DNA of 64,000 nt from Gammaproteobacteria bacterium (GTDB lineage: Bacteria > Pseudomonadota > Gammaproteobacteria > CBDBNL01 > JAAOII01): NCBI GenBank assembly GCA_965209035.1, contig OZ242372.1, positions 64,001 through 128,000 of the forward strand, given 5' to 3'. This document shows, in pieces, positions 57,546 through 64,000 of the stretch (its first letter is position 1; every line of letters begins with the position of its first letter). Position numbers and translations under genes: made by a program. A model generated the notes under the pieces. That model worked only from the letters and a program-made list of their open reading frames with translations. It searched no databases and was not told the DNA's origin.

Positions 57546-58520
57546 TTGCGGATTGCGGGCTCCCCGATAGTTTTTTTACGGACTGCGTCCTCTAATCTGT
57601 TGCCGGAACACAAAAATCCCGTCCCGCCTTCACTGTCACAGGATCTGAAGAAGTTTTTTCCTTATGTGACATCGGACGGAGCCACAAAATTGGGAGGCAA
57701 GCATCCGGTGATTAAGTTCGGCGGCAGTTTGCTGGCGGAGAGCAACATTCGCCAAAACATCATTCACCAACTGGTCGTTCTGCAACAACTGGGCGTGCGG
57801 GTCACTCTGGTGCATGGCGGCGGCGCGGCTATCGGCGATGCCCTAAAACAACGGGGTATTGAGACGCATTTTGTGCGCGGACTGCGCGTAACACCCAAAG
57901 ATGCCCTGAGCGTGATGACGGAAACGCTGGACAAACTCAACGCCGAGTTGGTTGCTCTCACCAATGCAGCCGGCGGGCATGCGGTGGGATGCCGGGCAAT
58001 ACTTTCGCCGCTCAGAGCCGTCCCATTGGATCCGGCAATCTGGGGGCATGTTGGCAAGGTGACCCGTGTCCGCACGGACAAACTGAAAGAATTTCCCGCA
58101 AACCGCATTCTGTTTCTGTCGTGCCTTGCAAAAGAGATCCGAGATGACGGGGATGACATTCAAGATGACATTAAAGGTGACATTAAACAAGAAGAATCTC
58201 TCTGTAATGTCAATGCGGATGCGGCGGCAGCGGCGGTCGCCGTCGCGGTTGCTTCGGGCTCTTTGATTTACCTGACGGATCAAACCGGCATATTGGATCG
58301 CTCGGGGAATCTTTTGAGCGAGTTATCCGCAGGCCGGATCCGAGAGTTGCGAGAAAGCGGCGTCATCACAACCGGAATGCTGCCCAAAAGCGATGCAATG
58401 CTGGCTGCCCTGAACGGCGGTGTGCATCATGTGCGTGTTGTCGGCGGCAGGTTACAAAATTGTATCCTTAATAGTCTCTGCACAGACGCCACCATCGGGA
58501 CACGGCTAATTGCCGATTGA
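57546..58520 (+). CDS. argB: Acetylglutamate kinase (start uncertain)
   Basis: VIKFGGS, VHGGG, GLRVT, NVNAD, LTD..G and GMLPK. Confidence 0.9.
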   Translation: MRIAGSPIVFLRTASSNLLPEHKNPVPPSLSQDLKKFFPYVTSDGATKLGGKHPVIKFGGSLLAESNIRQNIIHQLVVLQQLGVRVTLVHGGGAAIGDALKQRGIETHFVRGLRVTPKDALSVMTETLDKLNAELVALTNAAGGHAVGCRAILSPLRAVPLDPAIWGHVGKVTRVRTDKLKEFPANRILFLSCLAKEIRDDGDDIQDDIKGDIKQEESLCNVNADAAAAAVAVAVASGSLIYLTDQTGILDRSGNLLSELSAGRIRELRESGVITTGMLPKSDAMLAALNGGVHHVRVVGGRLQNCILNSLCTDATIGTRLIAD

Positions 58521-58700
58521 TCTGTGCGCCGGATCTATGGAACTATGCGATGGATCTATTGATCCATTAACGCCGGGTGTTATGTTGTGGTGTGGTGTTT
58601 GTAAGGTTCTAGGTCTTAGCCCGGTTTAATCCAACTTCTTGGACGAAACGGAGCCTATTCGTCCGTTCGTCTGCCTGCCCGCCTGTGCCCCGCCCGCCGG

Positions 58701-59408
58701 CTATTTTGGCAAGGCCTCTCCCGCCGGGGAAAAACGGCTCAGATAATCTTGCACCAACGCCGGCGGTTCCTCCCCGACCGGCACAAAGAGCAAAGATGCC
58801 GAGTTAATACAATATCTCAAACCGGTCGGCGGCGGTCCGTCTTCAAAGACATGGCCAAGGTGCGAGCCGCTGGAACTGTCCGTTATCTCTATGCGGGTGA
58901 GCAGCAGTTTTTTATCCAAAAAATAATCCACGGCTTCTTCGTCAATCGGTTGCCAAAAACTGGGCCAGCCGGTCCGCGAATCATACTTATGTTCGGAACT
59001 AAAAAGAGGTTGGCCGGTGGCACGGGAATAGTAAACGCCCTTCCGCTTCTCTTTGTTGAGGGCACCCGTGAAGGCGTACTCGGTTCCTTCCTCGCGCAAA
59101 ATCTTATATTCAAAAGCCGAAAGACGCGCGCGCCATTCCCGAGTGCTCAGACGAATCGGGTACACCTTGTTGGGATCCGCCGCTCGGATGCGAACACTGC
59201 CGGCGTCATCCGCGGGCGCGGGTTCGGTGTCATCGCTTTGGCGGGCGGAAGCATCGGACAACTCCGTTGCAGGCTCGGCCGCATACGGCGTCCCTTGTCC
59301 CGAGTCGGCCGACAGGGTCCGCAACATAACGATTGACCCGACAAAAAAGAACAATAGCACAACCGATAAGATGCCGATTCTTCCGGGACTTGCAAGTTTT
59401 GTTTTCAT
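58701..59408 (-). CDS. msrB: Methionine-R-sulfoxide reductase with N-terminal signal/anchor
   Basis: GTE.AF, GWPSF, HLGHVF.DGP and RYCINS. Confidence 0.93.
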   Translation of the reverse strand: MKTKLASPGRIGILSVVLLFFFVGSIVMLRTLSADSGQGTPYAAEPATELSDASARQSDDTEPAPADDAGSVRIRAADPNKVYPIRLSTREWRARLSAFEYKILREEGTEYAFTGALNKEKRKGVYYSRATGQPLFSSEHKYDSRTGWPSFWQPIDEEAVDYFLDKKLLLTRIEITDSSSGSHLGHVFEDGPPPTGLRYCINSASLLFVPVGEEPPALVQDYLSRFSPAGEALPK

Positions 59409-59867
59409 ATTAAAAATGAGTGAGTGAATAAATGAATAAACGCATAAATGATGATATTAAGGGAATTATATACTTTGTTGACCCATAAAAAAGTAAGTGT
59501 CATTATTATTACATTAAATGAGAGTTGAGAAGTAAAATATGAGCATAAATACTGGTAAATACAAGGAAAAAGAGGGTTATTTTCTGTTCGCGACCTTCAG
59601 AATGGAAGTTTTGGCAGATCCCCAGGCTGTTTGCAATGGATCTTGAGGCAAATGGCAAATTTTTTGAAGTGCATAGGTTGTCAAGTGTATCATTCCCGAT
59701 ATTAATTAAATGTATAGTCCCACCCATTTTCGGACTTTTGGTGTTTTTGCAAGAACCGGAAAGACGAGAGTTATTGTGGGAAAAACAAACTAAAACCTGC
59801 GACCCAATCCATTCGGAAGAAAAGAGGGCACTGAAAATAGCCGGAATACCTATTCTGTTGAGATGTT

Positions 59868-60824
59868 TCACTCCCGGGCGGGTTTGTTTTTTGACGGATC
59901 GTATTTGTCTATTTCTTTAATAATCCAATTGTTTTCTTTAAAAAATTTGTTGCGGGAATACAGACGCGCCAAAAAACGCAGTGTTGATAACGAACCCACT
60001 TCTTCTATCATTGATGAATGGTCGTCTGTCGCGACAATATTTTCTTCAACAAAAGAAAAAATTTCTTGTTGAATCTTATAAAGATCCCCCGTATGTTTTT
60101 TGAATAAGTTCAGTGCATGTAATTTCTTACCCCATTCTTTCCAATGGTCGTCAACATATTTTTTAATGCCACTTTCTTCCAGCATTTCCCAGCCAAGTTC
60201 GGTCATATCAAGAGGAGAAAACTCTGTGGCAGCCAGTACTTTTATGGCATCACCCTTCTTGCCCAAAAGCATCAACTGCAAAGTTTTGCAAACAGACCTG
60301 AAACCTTTTTTTGTTACTTCCTCAAACTCTTTTTGTTCTGTTCTGACTCTCGCAATATCCTCTTTGAGTTCCGTTCTGACTCTCGCAATATCCTCTTTTT
60401 GTCCTATTCTGACTTCAGTAATTTCTTCTTTGACTTCCTCTATATTAACTTCTATTTTGTGATTTGTTTTTCCCACTGCCTGGTATAACGAAACTATGGC
60501 ATATTCGCCGATCAGACCAAGAATGAACACAAAAAAAGCCAACAGAAAAAGAATAAACCAACTGCCCTCCGGTATCAATTTGTATGTAAGGGCGGAATCG
60601 TAAAGGGTAAGAGAAGAGAATACTGTAAATACAATCAATCCGATTGCACACAAGATGTATGTCATAACGCTTATTTTTGCTTCCGACTGACCAATGTTAT
60701 ATTGCTTGGCCGGTTTTTCCTCGACTGTGTTGTAGTCTATATCCTCTTTTGTCATTTTTCTTAAATTCATAAAATAACCTATAAAATTATAACATCTTTT
60801 GCTGTATTTTTTACGCATCAGCAA
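59868..60824 (-). CDS. Hypothetical membrane protein with coiled-coil repeat
   Basis: Two TM segments followed by KEDIARVRTE repeats (33-bp period, about 60341-60414). Confidence 0.7.
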   Translation of the reverse strand: MLMRKKYSKRCYNFIGYFMNLRKMTKEDIDYNTVEEKPAKQYNIGQSEAKISVMTYILCAIGLIVFTVFSSLTLYDSALTYKLIPEGSWFILFLLAFFVFILGLIGEYAIVSLYQAVGKTNHKIEVNIEEVKEEITEVRIGQKEDIARVRTELKEDIARVRTEQKEFEEVTKKGFRSVCKTLQLMLLGKKGDAIKVLAATEFSPLDMTELGWEMLEESGIKKYVDDHWKEWGKKLHALNLFKKHTGDLYKIQQEIFSFVEENIVATDDHSSMIEEVGSLSTLRFLARLYSRNKFFKENNWIIKEIDKYDPSKNKPARE

Positions 60825-60968
60825 GAAAGTTATTTGATGTCATTGAAATTAGGTTTCAAATTCCAATGTGATTATCTGCGGTGAGAAAGCATTCTTAACT
60901 ATTTTCTTAAAACAATTCCATATTTTTGGTCCGCTATGTTGGTGTTGGTTGCGATACCGGCTTGTCGG

Positions 60969-61577
60969 TCAAAATTCAAACGAAACTTGAAACAAGGTTC
61001 CCAGGTATCGCATACGAAAACTATGAATATAACCGGCCTTGGCGCCCAGCATCCACACAACAGACCCGGTTTCCCACAGATAACCGGCGCCAAGTGCCGC
61101 TCTGTAATCTGTTGTTGACCTTGCCGGTAAGGAGCCGACAAACTCGTTGGCGGAGCTCACCTGCCGGCGAGCATTCAACTCCAGCCGCACAATACCCACT
61201 TCGGTGATGACGAGCGGCTTGAAATATCGCGCCCAACGGAGACGCCGGGCAAATCGGTACACACTGCCGATTTCTTCGGCACTCCCCACTTCGTCTTTAA
61301 TGTGATAATCGTATTCGGCAAAGGTAAGATCCAGCCAATGGAAATTATCGCGCCCTTGACGGAACAAGGAGGAGTAACCGTAACCCAAAGAAGAAAACCC
61401 TTTTGCTTCTTTCTGTTCCAGAATAACGGAAACTCCGTATGCCAGAACCCGGTTGGGCAAAAATAAGAATAAGAACAAGCAAAAAAGACAACCGGCAAAC
61501 AGGCGATGTCGCGACAGAGCAAGGCGGATAGCAGCCTGCGGATTGTCTTTTTCGGTTCCCGTCTGCGGCAGGCTCAT
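60969..61577 (-). CDS. Putative small outer-membrane beta-barrel protein
   Basis: Signal-like segment, alternating amphipathic strands and C-terminal FQVSFEF. Confidence 0.55.
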   Translation of the reverse strand: MSLPQTGTEKDNPQAAIRLALSRHRLFAGCLFCLFLFLFLPNRVLAYGVSVILEQKEAKGFSSLGYGYSSLFRQGRDNFHWLDLTFAEYDYHIKDEVGSAEEIGSVYRFARRLRWARYFKPLVITEVGIVRLELNARRQVSSANEFVGSLPARSTTDYRAALGAGYLWETGSVVWMLGAKAGYIHSFRMRYLGTLFQVSFEF

Positions 61578-62701
61578 CAGAAAGAGCGACCAAAACGCAC
61601 CAAGGCATCACCGGGCGAAACTTCCACGGAAAAGTTTGGCGCACGCGGCAAGGTTCTTTGGTTTGCCTGCAAAACATCCTGTGCCACACCGCCGGCAAGG
61701 GCTGCACCGGGGTTCCCCGGTGTCTGTCTGCTTAATTCCTCTTTTGTTGTCTCCAATACCCCGGATTTAACGGAAAGATCGGCAATTCTGTCGGAGTGGG
61801 TGATGATTGCCCCGGCAAGCCCGGCCGCCTTATTGGTTCCATGGACGGTGCCGATAATCGCATACTCTTCTCCGCCGGGCAACACCATGAGAGACAAATC
61901 CATATCCAGGCGTTGGGTGACCGGGTTAATCCGGTGGCGCGCAAAGAAGATTGTCCCTGTCGGAAGTTTCCTGTGTGTTCCAAAAAGATCCGCGGCGAGT
62001 TCCAATTCAATATCGGCCGTTTCGCTTGAAGAAACCTTCCGGGGTAAGAATACGCGCACCCAGGTCCCCGCCCGAATTCCAAACTTTTTGCGAGAACCGA
62101 AAGGGTTAAGTTCTACAGAATGCTTGAGTTCCGAGTTACCGGCATCGGTATTATTCTTTGGGCGCGAGCGCGGTGCCGGCCGTTCTTGCGCTTGTTTTTG
62201 TCCTTTTCCCGGCCGCTGTTGCGGACCTTTGGAAAGCCGGTTCTTTGCCGGTGCTGTTCCGGTCTTAACCTCAGCGGCGCGCCCCGTCGTCGCAGATGCC
62301 GGTGCCGGCCGGGCATCCTCTTTGACAACAAAATGATGTCCGAATTGTTTGGTATTCTTGCCTGTCTCCGTCAGACAGACTACCAGCTGTTCTTGTGCGT
62401 TGTAAGTTCCCTTAATCACGGTGTTACCCAGCAAGCAGCCGGGTTGCCGTTGCCCCGAAGCAAGCATCGCCGGGAAAATTTGATTGCGAATGAGGATGCC
62501 CGGATACACATTTTTACCGTCGGAATATAATTGGCCGCGTTGATCCAACAGCGTATCACTCTGCAAGCGCGTTTTGCGTTCTCTTTGGTTCCGGATCACT
62601 TCCTCGGTCCGACTGCGCAGTTCCTCTTTGGTCATAGCCGCAGACTGGGTTGCGACAGTGGTGCCCAACAACAAACTAATAAAACAAACGCTGAATCTCA
62701 T
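61577..62701 (-). CDS. VirB10/TrbI/TraB-like protein
   Basis: Pro/Gln-rich linker then I.AGT.V...L...VSS, LP.GT, P.G, AGL.G.I and V.PG....V.F. Confidence 0.7.
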   Translation of the reverse strand: MRFSVCFISLLLGTTVATQSAAMTKEELRSRTEEVIRNQRERKTRLQSDTLLDQRGQLYSDGKNVYPGILIRNQIFPAMLASGQRQPGCLLGNTVIKGTYNAQEQLVVCLTETGKNTKQFGHHFVVKEDARPAPASATTGRAAEVKTGTAPAKNRLSKGPQQRPGKGQKQAQERPAPRSRPKNNTDAGNSELKHSVELNPFGSRKKFGIRAGTWVRVFLPRKVSSSETADIELELAADLFGTHRKLPTGTIFFARHRINPVTQRLDMDLSLMVLPGGEEYAIIGTVHGTNKAAGLAGAIITHSDRIADLSVKSGVLETTKEELSRQTPGNPGAALAGGVAQDVLQANQRTLPRAPNFSVEVSPGDALVRFGRSF

Positions 62702-63557
62702 TGTTGTCGGCTGTCATGGTAATTTGCAGTCGGAATTTTTCTTTTATCAAAATATCGTTCTTGGTTAGGTAAATACATTCGTCTAACTTTTTCCCCGCAT
62801 CAAAGCAAAACAGACGACCTTCGACGGCGATTTCGGAACCGCTTTGATTCTGTGCCCGGACATTCAACGCGGCAAGAGAAAACTTTTTGCCGTAGTGTTC
62901 CACCCAAAAATGCAATCCATAGGCACTGTGCGGATAGTAAAGAAAGTGATCCAAGTACACATCCGCCGTCTTAAATCCGCTGTCGCCGCCGCGGAACATC
63001 TGCTTGATGTTTCTTTTACGCACACCGCGCAGCATCAATAACGCCAGATCTTCCCGATTGGTTAATGTATTCGCGGTCAGTAACCGCCTTTCGTAGTCTT
63101 CCCGCAACTGTGCCCGGATGGTTTCCACCCGATGGTTGATCAGAAAGTTTCGTTTTTCTTCGCTCAGCTCCAAGTAAACATCGCTAATGTGATCCGGGAT
63201 CCGATTGCTGACAATCAAGTTGATTGCCAAGTTGTAGCCGGCAATGCTCATATACAACTTGCCGACACGCTCGTTTTTGCCGGTTGAAGTGATTAAGAAA
63301 ACATTTTGTCCGATGAGATTGCCAACATCCCGGGTTACCGCAAAGTTCCCGGTATTGACCAGTTTGTAATTCAAAGGAGGTTTGAGTTCGGGGTCGTCCA
63401 ACAAGAACGGAAACAATAGCCTGGTGCCGAGGTTTGGAACCACCTTAAGCGTGAACTGAGTGCGCTCTTGCAATGGGATCTTGAGTACTTCGCCGCTAAA
63501 CGCATGCGCCGCATCGGACAAGAAGAGGACGCCGATTAAAGAAATTGCACGGAACAT
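62676..63557 (-). CDS. Secreted protein, possible VirB9/TraK-like
   Basis: Signal peptide (AHA); two beta-rich domains joined by a helix; located between VirB8-like and VirB10-like genes. Confidence 0.45.
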   Translation of the reverse strand: MFRAISLIGVLFLSDAAHAFSGEVLKIPLQERTQFTLKVVPNLGTRLLFPFLLDDPELKPPLNYKLVNTGNFAVTRDVGNLIGQNVFLITSTGKNERVGKLYMSIAGYNLAINLIVSNRIPDHISDVYLELSEEKRNFLINHRVETIRAQLREDYERRLLTANTLTNREDLALLMLRGVRKRNIKQMFRGGDSGFKTADVYLDHFLYYPHSAYGLHFWVEHYGKKFSLAALNVRAQNQSGSEIAVEGRLFCFDAGKKLDECIYLTKNDILIKEKFRLQITMTADNNEIQRLFY

Positions 63558-64000
63558 ACTTCAATGCCCAAATAATTGCGCTCGGAAATGGGAACCTGAC
63601 GCATCGCCAATTCCAAGCGAAATATGCCGGAATTGTTTTGAATGTCCGCGGTAACATCGGTTTGATCGCTAATCAAAACCTTCCCCAGAAGTGAAACTTG
63701 AATATCATCCGTATTCAAATATTTCAAAATATTAAATTCGGTGAAAATAACGCGAGAAATCTGGACTCTTTGAATGATCTCGGCAAGTCTGCCGCCTTCA
63801 ATCCACTCTTTCTGGGTCTTGAGACGCAATGCGGGACACATGGCCGCCAAAGCAATTTCGGCATCCGAATACACGGTCGCCGAATTTTGGCTCAGATAAT
63901 GCGCGACAAAACGCTTGCTGACAGATTCCAATTGTGCTTCGGTAATGGGGGGCTGGCGTTGGTACTCAATGTGTCCTATAAATCTGCCGTCCTTGTCCGC
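63536..64000 (-). CDS. Partial VirB8/TraE-like protein (5' end outside window)
   Basis: Frame is open to 64000 (ADKDGRFIGHIEY...KRFVAHYLSQNSATV); NTF2-like pattern ending R..P....NYLGIEV. Confidence 0.55.
   Translation of the reverse strand, partial: ADKDGRFIGHIEYQRQPPITEAQLESVSKRFVAHYLSQNSATVYSDAEIALAAMCPALRLKTQKEWIEGGRLAEIIQRVQISRVIFTEFNILKYLNTDDIQVSLLGKVLISDQTDVTADIQNNSGIFRLELAMRQVPISERNYLGIEVCSVQFL

Noticed and set aside
45309-57613. Many long antisense ORFs over the pyrimidine, nadC and algC genes
   Set aside because: Expected shadows of codon-biased genes on the opposite strand.
59509-59871. 120-aa ORF coupled to the upstream gene
   Set aside because: It has a 4-bp overlap but atypical composition and no motif; I cannot support it as coding.
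1-64000. tRNA or rRNA genes
   Set aside because: No cloverleaf or rRNA-like sequence was recognised by eye; a tRNAscan/Infernal run would be needed to exclude them fully.

Overview
A bacterial window (adjacent algC-argB suggests a gammaproteobacterium; this is inference) in six blocks. (1) 1-14.6 kb is an AT-rich defence island. It holds three restriction-modification pairs (Bpu10I-like partial, HaeIII-like, NgoFVII-like, each beside an amino-methyltransferase) and a plus-strand four-gene cluster (HNH fusion, coiled-coil membrane protein, UDG-like protein, polytopic membrane protein). It also holds a complete ubiquitin-like conjugation operon (Ubl, Cys-less E2, JAB-E1 fusion, DUF6527) directly preceded by a membrane-anchored pentapeptide-repeat gene. 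(2) 14.7-21.4 kb is an islet bracketed by a duplicated 3' end of xylB. It contains two cassette-like units with homologous flanks but unrelated genes, and two all-TPR genes. (3) 21.3-39.7 kb is a xyloside/xylose utilisation operon. It is split by a FkbM gene plus three glycosyltransferase-like paralogs and an IS1634-family element with a 169-bp target duplication. (4) 39.8-45.1 kb has two tandem 841-aa FN3/TSP3/GLUG lipoprotein adhesins, each with a G11 tract. (5) 45.2-54.8 kb is a cytosine uptake/deamination plus reductive pyrimidine degradation operon. (6) nadC, algC, argB, msrB and the distal end of a divergent type IV secretion-like operon. Short tandem duplications are unusually common in both coding loops and spacers. 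All family calls come from motif recognition by eye; no database searches were run.
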